NCBI GenBank assembly: GCA_020137815.1
Contig: CM035361.1
Span: 5,456,001 to 5,520,000, forward strand
Origin: Hormiphora californensis
Lineage: Eukaryota > Animalia > Ctenophora
Length of the DNA stretch: 64,000 nt
Reading direction: 5' to 3'
Positions 1-12,700 of the stretch are shown piece after piece. The notes beneath the pieces were generated by a model. The model did no database searches and was not told the DNA's origin. It saw only the letters and a list, made by a program, of their open reading frames with translations. The translations under genes and the position numbers were made by a program. The first letter of the stretch is position 1. Every line of letters begins with the position of its first letter.

Positions 1-326
1 CCTTCTAGTTGTGGGTGGTTGTCTTGCGGGTGGTTGTGTTGCGGGACCGGATCACTAGAATTGGATGTTAGGTTTATCAATTGTTTAGCAGACATAGCCC
101 CTGGCAACCGTGTATCTTCCCTGGGTGGTATTAATTCCACAACCTTCTTTTTCCATTTTTGGTGACCCCCTGAAATTTATAAAACTTTCCTAGTAACCCC
201 GTAGGGCTATTCCCAAGATAGCAGAAATGAAATCTAACCTATTCTCTCTACAGATAACTTTACGATAAGAGAGTCGAAGGATATTTTAAACTGCACTGGG
301 GAATCAATAATGAGTTGTCGAACCGA

Positions 327-1196
327 ATGGTGAGTTTACAGCCGAGTATTTTACTAGGCAGCAAAATCGTCGATTTTTGGGACAAAGTTGGCAGCATATA
401 ATTTGACTTTTGAAAATCGTATTTATCTAAAATTTTGAAAATCCGGGCACCGGGTACAGCCCTCTAACACTGTCCCCCCCCCCTTTACCAACCCTCTAAC
501 ACTGTTCCTCCTCTAACACTGTCCCTTTTTACCAACCCTCTAACACTGTTCCCCCTTTACCAACCCTCTAACACCCCTTCCCTCTCAGGAAGGAGATCTT
601 GAAGAGGAACAGTCAGGCCCAGCTGCAGTCAAGAGATCCCCACTGGAAGCTATGACCCAGACTGATAAGGAGCTAGATCGGCAGATCGCATCTCGACCTG
701 AAGCTGATGATGTGGAGGATTACTGTGATAAGGTTTGTGTCCAGCTCTAACCCCATTTAGGTTGCTTTTTCAATCCCCTAACTGCTAATTTACACTCCCG
801 TGTATGGTAAGCTGGGGCAAAAGTGGCCCATTTTTAATTTATACAGCAGGAGAAAAAAAATGTATAGGCTACCCAATGAAACGTTTTCCTTTCAGCCGGG
901 CTAAATTTTAAAACCTGCAAGTTTTATTTAATGGGTTAGTTAATCAATTCAAATAATTTGGTGATGCTATATTTTATCCCACCCCAACACCCCTAACTCA
1001 CCCCCTAATCAACCCCTAACACCCCATCTCCTCCTCTCCAGGACCACTCAGAGCCGGAATCCGAGTTGAATGTAACAAACTGCACCACATGTTATTATGA
1101 CGGCAACTGTGGGTGCTGTTGTGATGTCTGCTGTGATGTCAGGACATTGAAGAAAAAAATTCCTTACTCCCCTAACACTGCATACATCATCTACTG
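327..1196 (+). CDS. Putative small 3-exon acidic/Cys-rich protein (ATG at end of exon about 327-329; exons about 589-732 and 1042-1196)
   Basis: GT-AG bounded phase-0 exons translate as M|EGDLEEEQSGPAAVKRSPLEAMTQTDKELDRQIASRPEADDVEDYCDK|DHSEPESELNVTNCTTCYYDGNCGCCCDVCCDVRTLKKKIPYSPNTAYIIY*. No family recognised; start uncertain. Confidence 0.35.
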
Positions 1197-4048
1197 ACTG
1201 CAGTATTGATCCAGCTCCATTTTAGCTGGTTACATGGAATGGGAATAGAATTATAAATGCAGTGAATGGACTCATAAACAATACCGAACATTAGAAGGAT
1301 CCCGTGGTAAAAATAGGACACTGGACACTCTTTGTTGGACACACATTTTTTGGATCGAATAATTTTTGAGAATAGTATGAGCAGCATAACTGACCGTCCC
1401 ATGAGGTGTTTTAGGATGTTCTCAATTCTTACTCTGTGATATTAAAAACACAAATCTTAGGTATCCATTTCTATATATTACAGCGGATGGAAATTGGAAA
1501 ATTAGTTTTGAATATATAGAAATCATAAATATATTCCCCCCCCCCCAAAAAGTGTGCTTTTTGCTAATATACAGTCGGTTCCCGATTTACCGCGATGCTC
1601 GGGGGAAAGATATTGCCTGATAATTCGGGGTGCCCGGGTCAAATAATGTTAATTTCTTATCCCGGCTCGGGTATATCAACGACCGGTAAATTGGGGTCCG
1701 ACTGTAACTTAATAAATAGTTCTTTGTCCATCACAATCTTTTAACACTTATTTCCAGGTACTGATCATTGAGTTTCGAACAATGCCGTGTAAACTGTCCT
1801 CTATCAATAATTATGAAGCTCCCATCATCCGGTGTAGGCTTTTTCCTGACAGAGGTATGGTATAATGCTAATTAATAATCAGGTCATTATCAGGTCATCA
1901 CAACACTTTAGGGTGTGGCAAACATATGTTTGCCACAACCTAAAGTGTTTCAATTTGTATTCTGCTCCCTCTACACCCGGTCGAGCACTTTCGTGGCCGT
2001 CACCGCCCCGTACTGTATATTTTACAGTATAAATCCTAAATCGCATTCTCTCTTCACTCTAATTTAAAATTATATCTCTCTCCCCTAGTTTGATTCGGTC
2101 CTGACCAAGATGTTAACGTTGGTACATATTTGTCCTTTTCCTTCTCATTACACATACCAAGTTTCGAATAATGCCATGTGAACTGTCCTTTCATCCCGTT
2201 CCCGAAAATGAGGTATGGTAACAAGATTTAAATATTTATTTTATGAGTTTTGAATAATGTTTAAGGGGTCATCAATTCAGCCCTAAATTACAAATTGGCT
2301 TAATTCAGTTTTCAGATGGTGTTAAAATGAACACACCATGTCACACCATGTCACACCATGTCACACTAATACCCTAAGATTTAATCGGGGCGCGCGCGGT
2401 TGTTTTTAAAATAAAAGTTGAAACGTGTCAGCAGTTGGTAGCGTGGTCTGGTGTGCGCGTCTTAGCAACCCCTGAACTTATCGAGCGTGCAGGCCTACGC
2501 CCCTACGGGGCTTGCCTGCTTCGCAGGCAACGTGATGCCCAAATATGGTGTTATGTGTCACGTGATGCCCAAATATGGTGTTATGTGTCACATGATGCTC
2601 AAATATGGTGTTATGTGTCACATAATAGCAAATTTTGTTGTACTGAGCTGAAGTGGATTTTGCACGAAACTTTCCACGGCTAGTTAGTACAGTAAACACG
2701 ATTTGTTTGTATGTACTTGTTTGTATGGGAATTGAGTCTTGCAAGACAAGATATTGGCCATATTCGACAAATATTGTTAAAATAAAAAAGGATTTGGCGC
2801 GAATCCAGAATCGAATCCAGAATATTCTGCTTTGATATTCTAAGAAAAAGAATGATCCCTACAATATGTTTGTACGTGAGATTCCCCATCTACCCCCTGC
2901 CTGTCATCATCGCCTGCTTGATTATTATTCCAAGAAAATAGCTCTAATCCTTCTTTTATTTTCTTCTTAGAAGTCCCCCGCCCAGGGCTCGGCCGTACCT
3001 GATTTTTATGAGCCATCCCCCCCCCCCGCATGGGAAGTCAAACTTCTACTGGAAGAATCTCTGTCATGGCCGAATCTTCCGGAAGCGCGTTTCGACGGCC
3101 AGGTTTGGGCATAAGGAGCTAGTCGTATTAATCATTACGGTCGAATGTCACGGTCGTTACAATCATTACATTTTTCACTATCAAAGCAATTTAAATCCAA
3201 ATTAGTTACAAGTATGCTTTCATACTTCTCAATCAGACAGATCTCTTTGAGAGCTACCGCTGGATACCCATTTTTACGTCGTACGACAACCATAACTGAT
3301 TTTATGAGCGATTTTATGAGCGTCACGGTCGTCATGGTCATTACGTCCACGCCGAAAATCGGTCATTTTTAGCATATTATGCGTCATTATTCATTCCTAT
3401 GATACATAATTGTACCATACTGTTCATTTTTCGTTAATTTAGACATTTTTCTACATTCTGGTACCAAAATTACCAAAGTTGACCAATGTTAAGATGCTCT
3501 AAAGGCAGGACCAAAATCTCTCATCTCGAAGTGTCAATTTTATGAGAATGACCCATTATCAAAAGAAGAAGAAAAGTTTTCAGGAACTTGTGTAAATACG
3601 AGAAGGCGCCCCGAAAAATATAACATAGCGGCACTAATATGAAATGCATATGATTTTTAATATGATCTTCTAACTACTACTGCTCGCCACCCTTACCCAT
3701 AATTTATGAGCCACCCTGTATTAATGTGGTGCATAATCGAGTTTCAGTTCCTCGATCTTGGTGACACTGTCACCAAGATTGAGGAACTTCTTTTGTTGTT
3801 TCCACCAAAGAGATAATTAACAATTCATATTTGGGTGAGAACGCCATTTTATTTGTGGACGTTCTACGGCAAGATACGGGTCTGGGAGACGTGAAGGAAA
3901 TAGCTTCAGTTATGGAGGAACGTGATGCGTGGAGTAAACTTGTTCAAGGCGTTCGGGAATTCCACCCGCCTTAAGTAAAAAAAAGTTAAGTCAAAAGCCA
4001 TTTGGGTGTGATTCCGGGTGAGGGGGGTTGTGTAACTAATATTCGTAC

Positions 4049-4537
4049 CGTTTTTCAGAATATCACTAGATATGAAGTGTCCCTTTTTATCACTGCACAT
4101 TGATCCTCTCACCCACTTATCCGCTTTCACGTTTAGATTTTTCCACGATAGTGTTGCTTTGGATAGTTCACTGAACCTTCCCTCGTCAGATAACTGTAAT
4201 CATAGAGAGAACGATTATAAAAAGCGAATCGGATCGTGCCCCGTCACGCTAGTACTGTAGTTTTAGTAGTAAAATATGTACATAGTAGGGCGTTTCCAGG
4301 CTGTATGAGCAGTCAGACTCTGCTGTATACTCGCTCGCAGGTCCTTTATCATGCAAATACCAAGATGATGATGCACAGAGGTTAGATAAAGCACAGACAA
4401 TTATTTTAAAACATTCTCACCTTGCAAAATTGAAGGTCAGCGTAGTCACCGGAGAACTGTTTTGCTGAAACTGTCTGGTATCCACCTTCCAAATCATCTC
4501 CATTGGAGGGTGGTAGTAGCAGTGATTTTTCAGACAT
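4049..4537 (-). CDS. First two coding exons (4537-4421, 4193-4049) of an ABCG/white-scarlet-type half transporter; remaining exons not found in window
   Basis: MSEKSLLLPPSNGDDLEGGYQTVSAKQFSGDYADLQFCK|gtgaga..tacag|LSDEGRFSELSKATLSWKNLNVKADKWVRGSMCSDKKGHFISSDILKN-G|gtacga. LSWKNLNV...ILKN is the segment just before the Walker A of ABCG NBDs. Phases are compatible. Confidence 0.6.
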
Positions 4538-4963
4538 TTTCTGTGTTGAATCAAAGAGTTAGTTAGTTAATTAGTTAGTTAATTAGTTAAGTTAGAGTTG
4601 AGGTTGGTAGTTGAGACTTAATGAACAACGGATTATCATGTCATTGCTCATTGATCAACAAAACAGAAGAATTGTACTGAAAACATGTTCGAAGAATAAC
4701 CATGCTGAAAGCGACTTAAAAAGCAAATTAAATTGAACAACACAGGCTTTTGAAAACTGATTTGATAATAATTGTGTTAACTATTTACTAGAACAACACG
4801 GCTACAGGCCACCCGCCACATTATTTTATTAAAACTAAATCCAGATCGAACTGAGAGAAATGGCGTACCTGTATCCCATATATGACCCCGGCGGATCACT
4901 TGAAATTCGGAGTCTTTATAATTCTCGGAATATGTCAAAGTGACCCCGATCCTAGGTAGTATA

Positions 4964-4966
<3 letters not shown>

Positions 4967-5055
<89 letters not shown>

Positions 5056-5188
5056 GAGAGAGCTCGGAGAGAGAGAGAGCTCAGCGATGCTCGACTATCT
5101 ACTCGATCTCTCTGCTCGCTCGCGACGCTTCTCTTCGTATATCGATCTCTCTCTCTCCTCTCTCTATCTCTCCTCTCTACTTCCTCTC

Positions 5189-5252
<64 letters not shown>

Positions 5253-5253
5253 T

Positions 5254-5299
<46 letters not shown>

Positions 5300-5345
5300 T
5301 CTCCTCCTCTCCGCGCTCTCTCTCTCTACTCTTCTCTCTCTCTTC
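4967..5345. repeat. (GA)n/(CT)n microsatellite (others at about 8450-8575, 16389-16650, 19322-19395, 41685-41990, 63768-64000)
   Basis: Directly visible dinucleotide tracts. Confidence 0.95.
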
Positions 5346-6261
5346 TTGCTTCATAGTGTCTACCTGGAATTAAATCCAGTAAACAAACAAGATTTAAATT
5401 GGGCTCTCTCTTTAATCAGAACTGTCACCATCATTCTCTTTCTCCCTCTCCTTCTCTCTCCCCAAATATTATTATTTATTTAGGAACTCTACATTTCTCG
5501 GAACTCTCATTAGAGACTAGAGACACAAGTAGTGTATTGGGAAATAGTTTTACGGAGAATTGAACAGAAAAAGGATTCGCAGGGAGATGGGATTCTTTGA
5601 ATCTTAACAACCTCGTTTTACCGGGACACAATTGGGGTGAGGCGTGCATGCCCTCTCGAGTGTCTTCGGATGGAAAAGGAATGGAGTGTCTTTTCTTGTG
5701 ATTTCAGCTGTCACACGCGCCCACTCGTTCCTGAAAAGAGTGAAGCGTGCAAGCAATATAGGTTTGTATCGCGCGTTGCCAAGACCACCGTGGGAATATC
5801 AGCTTGACAGTGAAACTGATAAGCATCCCTGTGATAAGCTGGGGCATGTTTGATAACTTTTATGTACAAAAAGGCCACTCCAATACATCAAATGTTAAGT
5901 TGGAGTGGTCGTTTTTGGTGGGCAAAAATTGGGTTTTTAGGCCCTTTAATTACAGGAACCTCTATAATAGCTGAGGCTAGGATCAATTTCCCCTACGGAG
6001 CCCGATAAATCGAGGAATAGTTGTGCGAGAGGCCCCAACTCTAGCAAGCAAATTGAAACTTGGGGGTATATATTATTATGAATGTACAATGTACACACCT
6101 CCACTATAATAATTGCAATCGTTCCAATATAGCTAGTAATCGATTAGAAATTCTAAAAACTGTGGCAAACTAAAAAAATTGAGAGGGAGCTGGTTCAGGA
6201 AGTAACATGAGCGTGATCGTCTGATTTTCATCACTTGAGATCAGCTTTAATAGCTGGTTGA

Positions 6262-7208
6262 TATATGAGGCATAAACTCTGGCCACTGGCGCGTTATTTC
6301 AGATAACTTTCTCCCAGCGCGCCGCTGGGAGAAGTTAGCTGGAGTTTATCCGCCGCTGGCGGATAAACTGGTTTAAATCACGACGACGATCCCGAGGCGG
6401 AGCCGAGGGAGAGGCGGAGGGGTTTAAACCTATAACGTGCCAGTGGTCAGAGTTTATGGGTTATATACCCTGCTTTAGTTGTTTATTTCAAGTATTACAC
6501 ACCAACAAGAGAGAGAACACTAATCAAAACACACAAAGAGAACTGAGAAATAGTTAAAAACACGTCACAATTGAGTGTACACTGTTTGGTAAGGGGAAAC
6601 TCTAACTGAATGGCATCCCATTAATGGGATCCCATCAGCAGTACAACTCTAACTGATAATGAACCACAGTGATGGTTCTTTCTCTGTATTCTCTCTGTAG
6701 CAGTACATTGGGCATGCCCGGGCATTGATTGATTGGGCGCGCACACAGAGAGAATACAGAGAAAGAACCATCACTGTGGTTCATTATCAGTTAGAGTTGT
6801 ACTGCTGATGGGATCCCATTAATGGGATGCCATTCAGTTAGAGTTTCCCCTAACAGTTACTAAGCAGTTGCTAAGGAAAGAGAGTGAAAGAAAGAAATAG
6901 CCTGATAAGGGGCATGTCACAAATAACACAGAGAAAGAGATAGTGAGACAAAAGGGGAGATAAAGAGAGAGTAATTGACGGAATGTGTCCTTTCTTTCTC
7001 TCCAATGTAGTGTGTAAGTGTTGCACATAGTGTTCCCTCTGTATTTTAGTAAGAACTGATCATTTACACACACTTTGAATGTTACGTAGGAGTTAAAAAT
7101 AAATAACCTGCCAGTGGGAAATAATCTGCCGCTGGACTGGCTGTTTACTGAGAGCGCGCTAGTGGGACTTCTCGCCACTGGCGCATTATTTAAGTTAGCA
7201 GGGTATAT
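6262..7208 (+). mobile_element. Non-autonomous element with internal circle-junction complement (family J1, Crypton/DIRS-like), copy 1
   Basis: Three dispersed copies share ends TGAGG(C/T)ATAAACTC...AGCAGGGTATAT with no TIR; internal 6432-6474 is the reverse complement of the joined ends. Confidence 0.75.
6593..6850. mobile_element. PIF/Harbinger-type palindromic MITE, TAA TSD
   Basis: taa|GGGGAAACTCTAAC..GTTAGAGTTTCCCC|taa; empty site TTGGTAACAGTTAC seen in J1 copy 3 (about 29330). Confidence 0.85.
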
Positions 7209-7835
7209 AAAATCTTCCGAGAAGTTATGTGGTATGGTACCATGCATATATTTAGCTGGGGCCTTTAATTCTAGGAACAACCTGCTCAGTATAGCTGTGC
7301 GTAGCTCTGAGATAGAGGAAGAGAGAGAAAGAGAGAAAGAGATAGAGAAAGCTCTGAATTCATCCTCAGAAATCTGGAAATCTCTAAGAAACGAGTGAGA
7401 GAGAAGGGAGAGAGAGGGGCGAGATTATTCCATGAACTTGAGAGGAGAAGCGGGGTATCAAAGGTGATGGTAAAGACAGTAAAACAGCTGTTTTTAAACA
7501 CACATCATGCAAGCACCATGGTGCATAGACAGCTGGTATCGTGCAGTGGAATGAACTTATAAAACGGTTCCTGAGTTGTTCATAGACCGGATTGTGAGTA
7601 GATAAGAACGAAAATAATTGATTCTTGTAATTCCTGAGCAGTAATGAGATCTTAACAATTCCGGGGATAGCACATGGATACTGAGAATCAAAATGTTTAT
7701 GTTGTTGTTCAGGGGTGAGAAGGTGGGACAACTGTCGACGGTCGACTTTTATTTGTGAATGACCCCTGAAATTATGGTAACGGGAAAAGTTCCCTTTATG
7801 TAGAGAAAACTGTCATGTATCACTCAGATATAATA

Positions 7836-7998
7836 CCGCCCTACTAAACTTTCATCAAGCGAACCACGTCATCAAACGAACCACGTTTTACCTAGGTACT
7901 CTACCTGATTTTCACCTAGTGTGACGTTTGCCTCGATCGAGTCACGTAAAATGAGGTTTAAATGAGATGGTTCGTTTGATAAAAGTTTAGTAGGGCGG
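7836..7998. mobile_element. Small MITE-like inverted repeat
   Basis: CCGCCCTACTAAACTTTCATCAAGCGAACC..GGTTCGTTTGATAAAAGTTTAGTAGGGCGG. Confidence 0.6.
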
Positions 7999-8449
7999 GC
8001 ACCCCGATTTACCAGACAAACCCATTTCCCCCAAGCATCCCGGTAAATCGGGGTCCGACTGTATAAAATTCCAATTAAGGTAGGCCAAATTTCCTATATG
8101 TTTCAGAACACACACCACAGATTACATCATCATGTCATCTGACAAGCTAATCACGTGTGATAATACGTGATATATTACTTTGGTACTCTGCAGCAGATAC
8201 CTGGATTCTGGAGCCATGGTTAACTTGATGCTTCATCTCCTGTAAACTATACAGGTCTGAAACCGATGTATGCAGCTCTTCATACAGGGTGTACTTTTTA
8301 TACAGGTATATGACTCCCCACTTGGTGACATAGACACCTGTTATTTTCCCGCTATTCTCTTGACCGATTCATACCATTTTACCATGGAAAATGTGCTGAC
8401 TTTATAGCTGTAAAACGCACCGTACTGTTATCATTTCCTACAGCGAGAT

Positions 8450-8549
<100 letters not shown>

Positions 8550-9265
8550 AGAGAGAGAGGATGATGCAGAGAGAGAGTAGCTAGATAGATGAGACTAGAG
8601 TCTAGCTACTATCGTATATAACAAGGAATGCTCTCTCTATATAGAAGAGCAAGATCGCTGAACGAGGATATAAAGCTATCTTACTCTATAGCTAGGTGTC
8701 TATCGGTTTCTCTCTTCTTAACTCGCGTCTTCTGCTTTCTTGTCTACTCTTTCTTTCCCCCTCTCTTGTATCTGAGCCGTTTTATCTTCTCTCTCTCTCC
8801 TTTACTCTTCCTAAGGAATTGCTAGTTCTCTCCAGTATTATTTAAAGTTTAAAGGGGTGCGGTGTGTTTTCTTTTTAACCAGGTCATCATAGCTTGTTTG
8901 TCTAACTTTTTTTCGCCACCATCTGTGTATCTGAGACGTGCGTTTTGATCTCTCTCTCTCTCTCCTTATCTTCCTAGGCATTGCTACGTCATCATCCAGT
9001 ATTATAATTAAAGTTTTAAGGGGCGTGGGTGGGGTGAAAAGATATGGATCTGATTTTCTCATACGTAATTCCCATCGTCTACAGCCATTTTCACTATGCT
9101 TTCTTTACCTATTTGAAAATATGTAGTCAACTTAACTTAGTTAACTAGCTGCAAGTTTAATTAAGACAGATATGTAGTTAATATAATACTAATTAACTAA
9201 TTGCAACTAATAAAAAATAATTAGTAGGTGTGCAGCTGTAGTGGTGGGTTAGGACAGACCAGGCC

Positions 9266-9690
9266 ATGAGAAGAAGTTACTTGCTTCTCAATCCCGTCCT
9301 TGGATTATTGCTCCTTTTCCACGCCTCCACAGTACAATCAACATCGTGTAAGTTAATTGATTATAATCATAATGTTAATTGCTAATTAATTAATGAAAAT
9401 CCACATTGATTCGTTCAGTGCACAATATGTGTAGTATATCAGCTATTATATATATGTATAGATATTAAGCCAAAAACTAATTGAAATTAGTTGGCGGGAA
9501 AGGTGACCCACTTACACCTTTTGCTACTGCCGGGTATCACCACGAACTCTCATTCTATCCCTCGGTATCTCAATCTCTTATTTTTCGAGGGTAACTTATT
9601 CCTGTTCGTTCTATCCCTCTCTCTCCTCCCTGTCTCCCTGTCCCCCTGTCCCTGTATATCTCTCTCTCTCTCTCTCTCTTGCTCTCTCTC

Positions 9691-9740
<50 letters not shown>

Positions 9741-12700
9741 TATATCACACTCTCTATCACTGTCTTATTCCATTATATTCACCTCTTATATCCCTGATCC
9801 CGGCAGCAGGCAAAGGTGTAAGTGGGTGACCTTTCCCGCCAACTAATTTCAATTAGTTTTTGGCTTAATTTAGGTCCCTTTTTGGTTTCTAATCGCAGCA
9901 TGACATTATTTCATGATGTACTATTGTCGAAATGATGCGTTATATGAGAAACGAGACGAATTTCTGTGAAAATCGTATTTTAGACGTCATAATGACGTAA
10001 TTTGACGTAATTAGTGACGTCGTAACGACGTAATTGCATCACTATATTTTTTAATCAATACCCCAAAGGAGCTTGTAAAGTTTCATTGACCACAGTGGTC
10101 AGGAAAGGGAGTTTTTGTTCGAAAAACGTTCATTTTGCTGAATTTTTCGTCAAATTTTTGACTTCCGACGCAATTTAAGGGCTCCAAATGATAAGCTACG
10201 AAAATTCGCTATACAGTATCTGAAAGTTCAGACAATTTGCCGGTAACGATTTTTCATCAAATCAGAAATCGGAACAAGTCTCCAGGGTGCTAGAGGCGTT
10301 TGAAAAAAGTTAGTCGGTCTCGCGCAATGACGTCACTCGTGACGTCATTGCGCGCGTCATAGGTAAGATGGAGAGTCGCCACCCAGATGGGTACATGCAC
10401 GAGACAATTGTCTGTCGAATGCCGCTTGGTTTAAGGTCGTACGATGTCTGGTTCGTCTTAAACTGGGACCAAACGTAAGGTAACAAAGCGTCTATACATC
10501 TATCTATCTATCTACCGCGTGGGCCAATAAAAAGGGAGGGTCTTAAATCTTAGATTTCTCGGGCAGCTTAATTTCAATGGTTCTGAAATTTTGACACAAT
10601 GTTGTTGAGCTTATGCCAGATATGTGTACAGAGTTTCAAGTCCAAAAATGCAGAAATTCATTAATGAACCGAAATTCCTTTTTTTATAGTTAATTGGAGG
10701 TTTTCCCTTGTTCCAAGTCGATTTGGATCGCAAAATTGCAGCCACTCAATAGTATTAACATTTTTCAATGGCAATCTGAAATTTCATTGAAAATGAATAA
10801 AGTTTAGTGGGTGAAATTAATGAATTAAAAATGATCATTTTTTCAAAAAACATATTTTCGCTGAAAATGAGAAATTTGCACTGTAGAGATGAAATCAAAA
10901 CCTAGCTGGGTTATGCTTTAATCATTTAAGTTCATTCTGGTATGAAAAACTGTTAAATTAAAAAAAATTAATTTTTTTAAATTTTCAAATTTTCGTTAAT
11001 AACTGCATAAATTAACATTTAACCGATAGTCCATTAACAAACCGTTAGTTGAGACATTAGTAAATCGAAACCTTGCTAATGGAAGCTTACCAATGCCTAT
11101 ACTGATTGGTAACAACAAGCGTAATGTGACCTCCATGTAAGCAAGAAAAAACGTAATCAGGTTGTTACAAAATCATGTTAGCAAGATTGCAATATGTCTC
11201 GAATTTCCTTTGTTGTACCCAGTATCACATATCCGGCGTGGAGTGCAAAAGAGGTCCCTAAAAAACGAGAAAAAAAACGAATAGAGAAATCCTACATTGG
11301 CTTAAAATCATGAATTTAGGGTCATTAATGAATTTTTGCATTTTTGGACTTGAAACTCTGTACACATATCTGGCATAAGCTCATGAACATTGTGTCAAAA
11401 TTTCAGAACCATTGGAATTAAGGTGCCGGAGAAATCTAAGATTTAAGACCCTCCCTTTTTATTGGCCCACGCGGTATGTATCAACCTAGTTATCCCCACA
11501 CTGAATTTCCTGTTTTGGGGGTGGTGTTATAACTTTTGAACAAAAAGAGCTAGCCACTTGAAATTTTTACCATCGATGGAGGTCTACAAGAAGCTTCTAA
11601 GTACAAAATTTCAGCTTCCTAGCTCTTCCGGTTCGGGAGTTATGGCATGTCAAAAAGTGCCAAAATGGGCTAAAAGTATGAAATAACTATATATACGCTG
11701 TGAGCAAGCGGGCCGTTTTTGGGGGAAATTTTTTTCGGGGGATCATGGATGGGGTCACCTTTGCGCTTACCAGCGCAGTGATGTATAGTAGTAGTATGTA
11801 TAGATATGTAGTAAACACTATACAGTCGGACCCCGATTTAGTGGCCCCCGATTTAGTGGCCCCCGATTTAGTGGCACCCCGATTTAGTGGCAGGATTTTC
11901 CCCCCGAGGATGCCACTAAATCGGGGTCCGATTATAATTGCAAAAGAAGCTTTAATTATTTCAATTAATTAAATATATACTTTGTATAACTCCTATAATC
12001 AATCACTTAATTAATATATCGCATTCTACAGGCGAGGTAAAGACAGAATCAAGCACTGCAGCTGATTCCATTTCCAAGACATTCCTCAGTGAGCTAACTC
12101 AAAGTGAGAATGATGGAGCTACTGTATACCATCTTCCTGGCATAACCAACTGGAAGACAGAGGTAGGTTTATATAAAATCACACCACTGGCAGATCACAC
12201 CACGAATACTAGGTAGATCAGATACTAAATCAGATACTAAATCAGATACTAAATCAGATCATATATAACTATAAAACAGTATTCCTTTGTCTATTCGTGA
12301 TTATCAATTTCAGCTGTCGCTCGATTTCACGTGGGACTCAACCGTTCCTTCTGAGTGTGGAGTGATTTGGTGGTTCACCAATGATGACAATGATCTATTG
12401 GGAAAGATTACAATCAATGCCGTAAGTTGCCATGGTTACAATCAATGCCGTAAGTAACTTACTAAGTTGCCATGGTTACTGCAGCTGCAGTATTTATTGG
12501 ACTAGCTATGATATTTTGACACTTTGTTCCCTGCCAGAAATAGATGGTCCATATAGGTCAATATTAGCTCAATTAACGGGGCTATATCGTGCAAAATTAC
12601 ATTGTGGATTGGGCGATTTATTGATCAATACAGGTCCGTATTGTGCCCAATATATTGGCCAAATTGAGCAATATACCGTGGAATATATTGAACAAATGTG

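Noticed and set aside
4935-5483. ER/SL-repeat ORFs and the apparent (GA)n-(CT)n hairpin (also at 8450-8820 and 41603-41990)
   Set aside because: Microsatellite translations. The scrambled sequence between the GA and CT tracts looks like a consensus or scaffolding artefact, so the hairpin is not trusted.
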